The position numbers and the translations under genes are program-made. A stretch of 64,000 nucleotides of DNA from Phoronis australis (taxonomy: Eukaryota; Animalia; Phoronida): contig NMRA01000032.1 of NCBI GenBank assembly GCA_002633005.1, forward strand, positions 414,911 through 478,910. Direction: 5' to 3'. Positions 12,401-23,675 of the stretch are shown here, piece after piece (within the stretch, counting starts at the first letter, position 1; each line of letters starts with the position of its first letter). Below the pieces are notes generated by a model. It saw only the letters and a program-made list of their open reading frames with translations. It did no database searches and was not told where the DNA came from.

Positions 12401-15400
12401 AAATTGATAGATGATCGTCTTCTAGTGGACATGTTCAAGTAGTTGTTCATTCTTCCTGAAGGTGGCACTGTTCTTTTTTCGGTTTTAGAAACGATAAACG
12501 TGGCTTGCAGCAAGTTATCGGTAAAACGGATCTTCAGCATAATTCAGCAGGCTATTTCTTGGTCATTTCAAAGTTATTTATCACGTAAAAAATGAATTTG
12601 CTAAATAAATTTACAAAAGGGAAAATCTAGGTTGTGTTTGTTAATATGGAATGCGAGAGTATCTACGTCATCCATCATATTACAGTATAAGACACAAGTA
12701 ATCAGAAAAAATGGGAGTTAAATTCTAATTGCATGATGACTTAGCCACCTCACTAACTTTAATTTTTATTCCTCTTCATTCTGAGTCAATTTGGCTTGCC
12801 CCTAGCTGTCATGGCGGGGAATTCGTAATCATTTTATCTGAACGCTTTTGGCTTGTACTGTATCTTGTTGTCGACAAAAATCATTTGACATAAATGCCAA
12901 AGAGGAGTTACACCTTGTTGTTTGTTACAGGGATTCTCAGATTTTGTATTCAAGTACTACATAGATGAAGGAAAGCGTGGAAAGCTGTTGTCACAGCCGA
13001 TTCTCAACCAACAGGGGGAGCTGAGCCACTTCTTGCAGACGGACAACAACAAATATCTCAGTTGGCTGCACGACATTCACACGGGCGACTTCCGACAGGC
13101 TCACCTCAGTCTGAAGGAGTTGGCTGCCTTTGAGGAAGACAGTCTGCGAAGGAAGAAAGTGAGTGGGGATGGCAAGTGCAGTAGTTTTCAAAATAAAATG
13201 AGCAGACGTTTTTAAATGCTGCTTTATGCTCCAATGATTTGGCAGTGGCACATCTGTTGCTATAAGACTGCACTTCTGTCAAACTTTAATTAGATTTAAT
13301 CCGGCTTCTAATTCTTTTAGCTCAAGTAGACAGACGGACAGAGTTTCTGAAAATATCCTGGCACCAAACTTTTTACACATGTAAAATTAGCCGCACTTAA
13401 GTTGAACATTGTCCAGATACGTTTGAAACATAAAGTACGTGCATATTGGTGCGAACATGTGCGTGTTTATGCGTTATAGGTTGAGCTTTCTCGGATGAGA
13501 TGCCGTAGTGTTATCGTAAAGAAATGCCAAGTATGTGATGGCTTTTAGTATGTCAGGATGAAGAAGAGTTATATGTATGTTCAGACGAAACATTTTCATG
13601 ACCTGATGTTTATTGAAGTGTAGTTTTTACAAACTGAGAGTACCTCCAAAAGTTAATTTCCAACTTCAGGTTAAACATGTCTCACTTGTCAAAATATCTG
13701 AGAAAAAGTANCATCCATCATGTTACAGTATAAGACACTAGTAATCAGAAAAAATGGGGGTTAAATTCTAATTGCAGGATGCCTTAGCCACCTTACTAAC
13801 TTTCCTTTTTATTCCTCTTCATTCTGAGTCATGAAGGAAGACCAATTTGGCTTGCCCCTAGCTGTCATTATGGGGAATTCGTAATCATTTTATCTGAACG
13901 CTTTTGGCTTGTACTGCATCTTGTTGTCGACAAAAATCATTTGACATAAATGCCAAAGAGGAGTTACACCTTGTTGTTTGTTACAGGGATTCTCAGATTT
14001 TGTATTCAAGTACTATATAGATGAAGGAAAGCGTGGAAAGCTGTTGTCACAGCCGATTCTCAACCAACAGGGGGAGCTGAGCCACTTCTTGCAGACGGAC
14101 AACAACAAATATCTCAGTTGGCTGCACGACATTCACACGGGCGACTTCCGACAGGCTCACCTCAGTCTGAAGGAGTTGGCTGCCTTTGAGGAAGACAGTC
14201 TGCGAAGGAAGAAAGTGAGTGGGGATGGCAAGTGCAGTAGTTTTCAAAATAAAATGAGCAGACGTTTTTAAATGCTGCTTTATGCTCCAATGATTTGGCA
14301 GTGGCACATCTGTTGCTATAAGACTGCACTTCTGTCAAACTTTAATTAGATTTAATCCGGCTTCTAATTCTTTTAGCTCAAGTAGACAGACGGACAGAGT
14401 TTCTGAAAATATCCTGGCACCAAACTTTTTACACATGTAAAATTAGCCGCACTTAAGTTGAACATTGTCCAGATACGTTTGAAACATAAAGTACGTGCAT
14501 ATTGGTGCGAACATGTGCGTGTTTATGCGTTATAGGTTGAGCTTTCTCGGATGAGATGCCGTAGTGTTATCGTAAAGAAATGCCAAGTATGTGATGGCTT
14601 TTAGTATGTCAGGATGAAGAAGAGTTATATGTATGTTCAGACGAAACATTTTCATGACCTGATGTTTATTGAAGTGTAGTTTTTACAAACTGAGAGTACC
14701 TCCAAAAGTTAATTTCCAACTTCAGGTTAAACATGTCTCACTTGTCAAAATATCTGAGAAAAAGTAAGTCATTAATGTTGTTTTGTGCTGTAGACCCTGC
14801 TCAGTCTGAGTAAACTAGCTGGACTGGCCAGTGAAGCAGATGAAGACGTACTAGAGAATATTGAGGGTGAGTAGTGGACCAGTTCATTTTGACATGGGGT
14901 ATGACCAGGTTGGTGTAAATTATGTAGTGTGAATAGTTGGGCTGTTCATTGTGACCTCGGTGTGACCAGGGCTCAGTGTCTACTTTCTGAACTCACTTTT
15001 GATTCTGACTCGGACTTCAATTTTAAACAATCACATTGCATGATTCCAGTGAAAATTTGTGAGTTTTCTTTAAGCGTGCCTTGAAATCGGTCAAAGTGAG
15101 TCAATTTTATAGTACAGAGATTAAACCCCAACCCCCTGGCTCACTGATAGTGTTAAATATTAAGGTTTAGAACCGGGTTGATTCATTATGGAATAAGCAA
15201 GAGAATGCGTAAAACATTCTACGCTTTAAACACAATTTTGCGTTTCATTGGAACTAAATCGCTTATGGTGTTGTAGCACCCAAGACAAATATTGGGCAAC
15301 TTCACAATATCAGTCCTGTGAAATGGCTCGTCAGGTTCACGTGAAACTTTCAGATGTCGTGATTTATGCACTGTTCTCTAAAATGTTGTTAAAAATTTAA

Positions 15401-18400
15401 AATATTACACTTTTGCATGATGAGTTTAAATCATTATCCAAAATTGGAGATTAAATCAGTTTTTGGTCACAATAAGATTAAAAACCATACGATCGCCACT
15501 CAAATAAAAAAGTTCATGTTCAATTCAACGTTTCATCTTTTCATTAGAAATTGGAGAATGTTTTTTATGAAAAAAATTCAAAAGTTGCATAAAACGAAAA
15601 TGAAATAATTTAGAAAACTGTTACAGTTTTGAGATATTATCTTGAACATTTATATCAAACAGTCGGACTATTTCGGATACCACTGTTTTACAACGGATGT
15701 ATTTTTCGTCTTTGCTAAGTTCTGCTAAAAAATGTATACTAGTTACATGAGCCAGTCAATGGAAGATAGGTGTATAGTCAAACGTCGGAACTCCACAGGG
15801 TTTCTACTCTCAGAAATTATCTGCTGTTACTGAGCGAAAATCTAGATATTTGGCTAAATATACAGAGTTGTGGATAAGGTCCTACATAATCTAAAAGCGG
15901 ACACAAATCTGTAGTGGAGTTGTGTACTATGTCCCCTGCTTGTTTTGTTCTCTTTTTTCAGCCAATGGTGTAAATTTCATATCAACGTATGTCTTATATT
16001 TTGGTAGAACAATATGGTTGATTTTCGGCTGGGGTTGTCATTTTGCCCTTGATTGCAACATGTGTGTGTGTATTGTTTTGTCCTGCTGCGAAAAGTGAGG
16101 CAAACGTTTGTTGCTTTGTGTTGAATCAACGAGCAGAAATCTTGCTTCTCTTATAGCAATCAATGAAGAGCACACGCTCATTCTACACCAGGAGGCGCTG
16201 CCAGCAAAAGTCGTGGAGGTATTACATCGTCAATTGATATTATAAGAATTACCATTTTGTAAAGTCTTTTTTGTGAGTTAACATAATTTTGTTGTAGTGG
16301 GTTTTACTGTATTTGGGGTGTGTCCGCTGAGTCCTTGTGAGATCATACAAAGCTACAATAGTTAAAGACAAACCTCGCCAGTGTTTCAAAAGTAAACTTG
16401 TGGCATTTTTAGCATGCGCTCGTAAAATGGTTGCAACTGAGGTGATTGGATGGCTGGGCAGGAATGTGGAATTATGGGGGATAGATCACGATTTCTTTCC
16501 CATAAGCCACGCTTTCTTGCCACAAGTATCGCGAGATAAATTAGCGTTCCTGAGCACACTTCTTATTAAATTAACATTGATGTACAAAATAAATACTGTT
16601 GTCTGTTGTATGCATCCAGTTGAGTTTGTGTTGTTTTTCGCAGTCACTGGCTGTGGACCCTGACACTATGAGAGTATTCAGACCCAAAGAATTGATTGAG
16701 GTATGGTTTCACTTGTGAATATTTTCCACTTGTATGTTAACTCGTTCACTATTGGAACCAAATACATACAGAGAAGAACTTTTGTACCATATAATCAGCC
16801 TGACGTGACCAATACAACCGTTGAATAACCCATTTTGTTAATCAGCATGTGGTCAGAAGCTGACGCCATCCTAATTATGTGAAATTAAAAATACCTAAAT
16901 GAGGACGCACAATAAGCGAATGATCAACAAGTCGCATTGTACCGACATTTATACGCTGTGAAAAATAAGGCGCACAATTTTAATAAAAACCACATCTTTA
17001 ATTCATTAAAATTAGTCTGTCATTTTCTCTCATGTGTAAATCATTGTTCTCCTGTTTTAATGTGGGTAACATATTGTCGGGATCCTTTGACTTGGACATA
17101 CTCAGTAACCAGTGGTAACCTACTTTAACAGATGACATTTTCATGGTGGAAGCTTAGCATGATAAGATGTGTAGTAAGCTTGACTAGTCCCTTAGAACCT
17201 ATTTTGTAGATTCACTTTATTTCTATTTTGTTTAAATTTTCAATTGGTTTTGAGTAAAAACGTTATTTTAATAAGAATATCTCGGCGTTTTGGGCTTCTG
17301 ACATAGAAAGTAGTTACAAAGCTGAGGCAGTCGAGAAAGGAAGATCGATTCATTGCAATGTTTATCGTTCGGTATGTGGTATAAATAGATTATTACATGT
17401 TCTCAGTCGTTATCCCCCTTATCTAGAGCCCTTGTGGATTATTCTCCACAATCCACTCAGGCTCTAGATCACAGGAGGTAACGACTTCGCCATTTAATAA
17501 TCTATATTTTTTGCATTCAAAACTTTACTTTCTCCTTATTACGTGTATTGCTGTCTGTTTTGACAGAAAGTTTTCTAAAGTTTTTGTTGCATCAAGTGTC
17601 AGTAATACAGAGTGTTCACCTTCCCTGTTTCAGTTGTACATTAGCCAAGAAAATACAGAAGCCAACGAGTACGATTTCAAGAAAGCCCTTGACCTGCTGC
17701 CCTACGTTGAACAGGTAACACTGAGGCGCGCGATTATAGAAATTTATTGTCATTTTTGGTAATTGGGTCTTAATATGTGTACTACTGGAGATAAAAATTG
17801 TTCGAGTAAGGGGGAAACTGACTTGTATGAAGGGCCAAGTGTACGAACTACAATGATTGTATTTTGGAACTATGTCCGAGTTGAGTGAAAATCCTACTTA
17901 ATGCAATGTCCTTCGTATGTGTCTTGTACTCTAAGACTTTCATTGCGTGAGTTACACTGTGATTTAACAGGGGAGTGAAGATTTTGGATTTTGTTTTGTG
18001 CGAGTAAGGAATGTCACAAGACCGCTTTTGTAATTAGAGTAGAAAGTCTAATGTAGCGTTCTAAACTGGCAAAATGCAGATTTAACTCTCGCCATGTTTG
18101 ACGCCCATATTTGACTGCCATGTTTGACGGCCATATTTGACTGCCATATTTGACGGCCATGTTTCACGGCCATGTTTTCCATTGTAGTCTGACCAGGAAG
18201 TTGATGTGGAGGCCCTTAGGCTGCACATCTGGTGCCAAGCTGTGCTGAGAGATGAGTGAGTATCAGCACAAAGGTGTTCTTTAAATTTTATTTTATTAGT
18301 ATTGATAAATACAAAATATAACATTACTGTCTAGGAATCAAATTAATGTTATATCTGGGTAACAGATAAATATTATGGAATTATACTAAATAGTAATAAC

Positions 18401-19275
18401 GTGTAATATATACCTGCGTGTATTTCCATACATAAATATATACTTACATACATACAGTCTTACATATAAATGTACACACATTTAGTTGCACAAAGAATAA
18501 TTTGTGTGTCAGTCAGTCTTGTCAGTTTGTCACTAGATTAACTCACTAAGAATTTATGAAACTATCAGGAGAAGCTGGAAATTGATGAAGGGCGGGCCGT
18601 TAAGATAAAAAACAAGTTTTATTTTATTGTTTTTTTAAGTCAAACTCGGCATTGCTGCGACAGAACATTTAACGAATGAATGTGTGTTTTGTGTGTCAGA
18701 ATGTCATACATTGTGTCCCTGGGCGCATCATCATAATTATAGAAATGTGAAGATTGAGTTATTTGCATGACAAAAACGTTAGCATTGTACGAGTTTTTGA
18801 CTACAAGCAGTTAATTGTTTCAGCTGGTCACACATAGACACTACAGATCCATTGGAGAATAATAGAGACACAGTCTTTTTCAAGATTGTCGAGCTGGCAT
18901 TTGAAGAAGGTAAGTGTCTGTCCAACAGAGGTCAGCATTCTTCTCTTACTTTCACTGACGTTATGACAGTACTGTGTTACTCCAGGGTAGAAACGGGCAT
19001 GTAATTTGAAATACTATTTCTCCTACAGAGATAGTATTGCCCACTCGACACTACAGCAAAAATAGCTCTTGGTTGATTTCAGTACCTTACAATAAGTTGA
19101 TTTGTTACTATTTGTAATAGTTGTTTGGTATCTTATAGGTGTTGACCTCCTGGAGTTCATACCCAGCGTAGAAGGATTGCTGACAGCGGAAGAACTGGGA
19201 AGCCTGAGGGAAGAGGCGAGCTTTCAGTACCTGGTTAGGGCAGCGTATGAGCACATCCAACGAACACTGTCCTGA
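491..19275 (+). CDS. NUP133: Nucleoporin NUP133, 5'-partial, 24 exons in window (~886 aa)
   Basis: Phase-consistent GT-AG exons: 491-604, 1258-1317, 2003-2064, 2776-2923, 3085-3253, 3544-3625, 3935-3974, 5949-6053, 6810-6969, 7206-7315, 8084-8190, 9035-9137, 9521-9637, 10378-10521, 11296-11509, 12148-12281, 12931-13158 (duplicate 13987-14214), 14794-14866, 16157-16218, 16644-16700, 17634-17714, 18188-18255, 18824-18909, 19139-19275 (TGA). Total 2661 nt. Recognisable Nup133 motifs: [115 protein letters not shown]. The start codon lies upstream of the window. Confidence 0.95.
2059..2092 (+). repeat. Direct duplication of a NUP133 splice donor (TACTAG|GTAACTATT x2, 19 nt apart)
   Basis: The 15-nt unit occurs at 2059-2073 and 2078-2092. 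The in-frame donor is GT at 2065; the copy is GT at 2084. Confidence 0.85.
5139..5297 (+). repeat. 32-bp minisatellite x5 spanning a NUP133 3' splice acceptor (copy 1)
   Basis: Unit TGTTATTACAG|TCGCCACTAACGGTACATGGT, with AG ends at 5149, 5181, 5213, 5245 and 5277. Confidence 0.95.
5810..5969 (+). repeat. 32-bp minisatellite x5 spanning a NUP133 3' splice acceptor (copy 2)
   Basis: Same unit, with AG ends at 5820, 5852, 5884, 5916 and 5948. The coding exon 5949-6053 follows the last AG. Confidence 0.95.
8251..8378 (+). repeat. 43-bp minisatellite x3 (intronic)
   Basis: TGACTACGATAATTATAATTGTAATAACA(T/A)(T/C)ACCAATA... starts at 8251, 8294 and 8337, preceded by short GACTAC/GACTAT repeats. 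Confidence 0.9.
10768..11163. mobile_element. ~396-bp TTAA-targeting MITE (Kolobok-type termini), empty-site copy
   Basis: TTAA at 10764-10767 and 11164-11167, with imperfect TIRs AGATGTATTTGCATG / CCTGCAAGTTCCACT. Colinear along its length with 30754-31017 + 32690-32803. Confidence 0.85.
12669..14766. repeat. Near-identical ~1.04-kb duplication split by a single N (probable haplotype overlap), including a 228-nt NUP133 exon
   Basis: 12669-13710 recurs at 13712-14766, with N at 13711. Differences (a 13-bp indel and SNPs) cluster in the first ~200 bp; the exon has one synonymous change. Confidence 0.9.
15330..15735 (+). repeat. Degenerate dispersed repeat, related to 28110-28395
   Basis: Shared blocks TTCA(C/T)(G/A)TGAAACT...TTATG(C/A)ACTGTTCTCTAAAA and TTTTTTATGAAAAAA...AAAAG..G.ATAAAACGAAAA.GAA appear in the same order at both loci. 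Confidence 0.55.
17385..17505. mobile_element. ~120-bp palindromic (fold-back) MITE
   Basis: Nested inverted arms: ATAGATTATT/AATAATCTAT, GTCGTTA/TAACGAC, ATCTAGAGCC/GGCTCTAGAT and GTGGATT/AATCCAC. Confidence 0.75.
18091..18178 (+). repeat. ~13-bp minisatellite (GCCAT(G/A)TTTGAC-like, ~7 units) abutting a NUP133 acceptor
   Basis: The units run up to the CATTGTAG acceptor at 18187. Five of them carry TTTGAC. Confidence 0.9.
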
Positions 19276-20480
19276 GGTCAGGAGAGGGGGGGGGGATGTT
19301 GTGAGAACTATGTGTCATTGGGAGGAGAGCAGTGTCAAAACATCCACTCTTTGAAAACATCCAACTGGCTTCAGACGTGCAAAGGGCATGATCGAGAGTG
19401 AAGGTGGTTTGCGGGAGCAGCATGGAGTTGATCACAGATTATTTTTAAAATCTGTAGACCGTAATCAAAATGATCAAGCAGGACGTCGACACATCCAAGG
19501 AAGATGGGATTGATGAAGGAAGGGATGCGGTGGTTGCTCTTGAGACGAAACAAACATTAGAGACCATGTACTGTATGCTCGAACCAAAATCAAGTGGAGC
19601 CGCTTGAACCAATGCACTGTTTTCCTACAATCCCACACCTCCATCAGTACAGGGTTTCAGCCTCATTACAGCCAAAAGTATTCAGACAAAATGACTGGAA
19701 TTCCCGGAAATGACTGCTATCCATATGTCTGATTCACCCTCGGGGTAGTCTTCCCTGGTGAGAGAGTGAAGGGGGATTAAAAAAGTAAATGAGATGGCTA
19801 AGTCATTCTGTAATTATAATTTCGCCCTCATCGTAGTTGTTACACGTCATTTACGCTATTAGCAGAATTAATCACCATGACGGGGGAAAACGGTATTTTG
19901 TCTCTGATTACTATTGTCTTGTACTGTAGTTGCATTCATTGAATTTAACAAATTGCATTATTTGAAAACCAGCTGAGTTTTTGCTCTTATGAAGAGTGTC
20001 TTAACAAGGCAAGAGAAAGTTGGTGAAGTGTACTGATGACAACATGCATTCCATGCAATCTTGAGTTTGCTATGTTGTACCTGACAGAATGAAACCTTGT
20101 GATCACAGAGCAACTGTAGATTGTAGACATAGACAACAATAACACACAGGTCAGGTTTTCTTCCCTGAACTGGTATGCAGCAAACTCTATGGTTTTTCAG
20201 TGGGTGTCATTTTGTGCACTGAGTATGATCTCCAGCAATAACGAAGTAGGTTCTTTCCAATCCCAGGAAAGTACTTGATACCAGATTTGTAGTTAGTAAA
20301 AGGTCTAAATAAGGAGGCTGTTTCATTGATGGAAATAACTAGTTTGTAACATCTATGAAGGAGAAATTGTTTTTGCTAATCAATTGTTTTTCTACTCGTA
20401 AATGTACACAGTAACTTTTTAAATATAAACTTTTTCCATCCATGAAAGTTTTTTTGTAATGATTCTGCAAAAGTCTAACC

Positions 20481-21720
20481 TTTTCTTATGCGCCCACATA
20501 TTTATATTCATTGTCATCTCTGTCAGGGCGTCCCACGTCCACTGCTGTATCTCCTAAACCTCTGGAGGATCTTATCAAAATTTGGCAGGTATGTTCCTAT
20601 AAAGCTGACCAGGAATTTCCAACCGATCCGTCTACCTTGTACTCCCTAGTGGCAATTTTATTTTGTTTATCTTTGCCTCTGTATCTTGTAAGTTCCTTAA
20701 CCGATTTCCGTGAAATTCCGGGAAATAGGTTTTTAATAAGGAGACAACGACGATGCTATTCCAATTGTCCAACTGCCTTGACAGATTTTAGGCCATCTTT
20801 TGACAATTTCTGTTATTGTTACCCCCGTTTTCTGGTGTCCACCTCTTAATCTGCCAAATCGCTGAAAGGATCATCATGAAAATTTATAGGTGTTTTCCTG
20901 ATGAGAAGACCGTGACTGATGTTGACTTTCGGATGGGCCCGACTACTGTGTCGCCCCCTAGAGGCGATTTTTTTTTTGTTTTCTGTAGAATCTGTTTTAT
21001 TTTAACTCTTTGAATGATCTTTGTGAAATTTAAAAGGTGTGTTCCTGTAGAGCCTACGAGTGTCGAACTGATCTAATTTTTGCGTTTGCCTTTGTATTCT
21101 TTGGAGTTTAAATTTTTTTTTCATGAAATTCGGCTGATAGGTTTCTATTACGGACGCGACAACGCCTTCACACTTTAGGACAGATTTGATGTTACCTGCG
21201 CCACCTTTTGGCCCTTTAATTTTTTACGTGCGTTGTAAAAATCTTCCTCTCTATATGCCCAACCACTCAAAGGATCATTATCAAAATTGACGGTTTTGTT
21301 CCTGATGTGAAGACCACCATTGACATTTATTTTCGGATGGTTTCGACTACTCTAGCGCCAGCAAGGGCAGTTTTTCTTTTTTGCGTCAACGTCTATCTCC
21401 CTAACTCTTTGAAGGATCTTTGCGAAATTTGGCGTATGTGCTGCTATGGAGATGGCAACAGATGACGATCAGTTTCAGATCAATCTGACTATGCCTGTGC
21501 CCCCTAGTATTTAAGTTTTTAATGTGTTTGCCTTTATATCTTTGGAGTTCCTTGATTCATTTTCATGAAATTTGTCAAATAGTTTGTATTGAAGAGACGA
21601 CACCACCATCTCCATTAGGACGGGTTTCCTGCATTCTGCGCCATATAATGGTCATTTTTATGATAATAAAAGACATCCGTAGAAGCACCTCGTTTGCGGT
21701 GCTGTCATTGGCGCATTTCA
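20481..21720 (+). mobile_element. Candidate Helentron-associated (HINE/DINE-1-like) non-autonomous element with internal degenerate tandem units
   Basis: Starts in a T-run. Short inverted subterminal match ATGCGCC (20488) / GGCGCAT (21710), and a 3' hairpin AGCACC..GGTGCT (21684-21703). Recurring internal motif ...GGATC(T/A)T..(T/C)(G/C)AAA(A)TT(T/G).....GTGTTCCT. The classification is by structural analogy only. Confidence 0.55.
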
Positions 21721-23675
21721 ACTCTCTGCTACGAAATTTTATTAAAAACATACTTTACCCCGGCAGGAACACACTATTTCAGGAACTTTAGCATTAAAGT
21801 GACCATGTGTTACTTTCCTTGTACACGTTCCCATTGCACGGATACAGTGAAAACGCCCAGGAGTTGATCCAGACGGGTTCAATCTCCAAAATCGAAACGG
21901 ATTATGAATGGCCTGGTAACAGTACATTAGTTACTGCAGCGCCCTCTGCATGGTATTGGTCGAGTCCCATGTTTTGATGTGCTACTTGTTTTTTAAAAAT
22001 AAAGCTTGCTAAGCAAATATAAAATGCACTCAAAAGTGTGGGTTCGGCTAGGGCAAATGATGAGGTAAGCGACATACTGCGCTTGCAGCCAATGTCTGGA
22101 GTGAAATTTTAAACCTAATTCTATTCCCCTGAAAGGTTATAAACCTTCAACTCTTTCTTTTACATCCTCCAATTTAGAGCACAGGGTGAGTTTCGTCACT
22201 CGAAAGATTTCTTATTTTCCACCTTATTTGTATTTGCCTTATTTTATTATTAATTTTTATTTTTTTTAGCGTGGACGGGTATCTCAGGATATATGGTGAC
22301 AGCTTAGTACCCATAACGCACGAGTCACTTGTAACTCACTACGGCGGCCATTTAGATGGTGGTGCACCACCAAAATTAAAGTGAAACCAAAAAACAATCT
22401 CAAATTGAGTTTTAACTCAAAAGTTTGAAAATATATTTGAAGTTGTGTTGAGTGATCATTATATGGACTGAACTAACTCTCGTTCAAATTCGTTGTATGA
22501 GGTTTTTAACTATAATGAAGCGAATAAGTGTTGCGCTTGCTGCCGCCTTAACCATGTAAAACATGTTTATTCGAGATAAAGCTCATTTAAAGCAAAGAAA
22601 ATAAAATTAAGAATTTGTTCTGACCCGAATAAGCAGCGATAGGAAAAACGTTCGTTAAAATCAGGTTTTTCATGAAGGCGTGTCACTTTTTGCCACACAA
22701 AACGTTAACAGCCCCAAATAAGATATACTTAGTGTTAGACTTATTCAACTGTTACATGTGAAGTTGTGAGTCGTCAAACAAAAGTGTATCTCCGTTCCCT
22801 ATTTTCCCCGTGGACTTTTCATTGGTCTTCTTTACTTAAACAATTTTTAGCCCTGATCTACACCTTGACTAAACTTTACGTTGAATTCTCAATATTGTTG
22901 AAAATCAATAGGGACCTTTTCAAGACACGTCCCTAATTAATGACTTAAGTTCCCATTTATTTTCATTGACATAAGGACTTTAGAAACGAGAGAAAAAGAT
23001 GAAGATAGAGTGATAGAAAACATAACATTTGTGAACAAACAAATGCAGACACAAATGAGAAGAAACTTTAACGATTTCAGAATAGTTGTGCAACCAGGCA
23101 CTGAGGCACAGGGCACAGAGTCGTTTCTAATCTGAGTAGTGCCTTTGTCAAAATGCGGGTGATATGATCGGCCGATTTTGCCGAATCAAGTTCTATTTCG
23201 ATGCCTAGCGTGGTGACCGCGCGATTTATGTTGGTTCAATAGTAGCGGAGCACGAGGGGCGATTTTTGATGCTGGCGCCCGTTCAACGCGCGCTCACCTA
23301 TAAAATTGTTGCCCCTGTCGGTCGATATATCTGTCTTTCTACCTACACGCATCAGATAGGTGTCGGAAGCTTGATGTGGCAGAGGCATTTGGAACAAGAT
23401 AAGCTCGATTTTATTACAGTAAGTGACATTAATCAAAAGTTGGTTTTATGACAGAGAGCGCGAGTTTATTGCCCTTTCACACTTCACTCATCACTCACCT
23501 GACTGCTGGTCGCCGTGGAAGACCACTACTGGAACGTGGTGGAAATTTCAATATAAACATTGCATTTAAGTAGACAGTGATGTAATTCTATCACTTCAAG
23601 ACAAGATAAGCTGATAAGTTGATGACTGAACTACTCTGCGACACGATTTTGCAACTTGTAATGTGACTCGCAAAT

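Noticed and set aside
12931-14214. True tandem or mutually exclusive exon pair in NUP133
   Set aside because: Flanking introns are almost identical and the junction is a lone N, which fits an uncollapsed haplotype overlap better.
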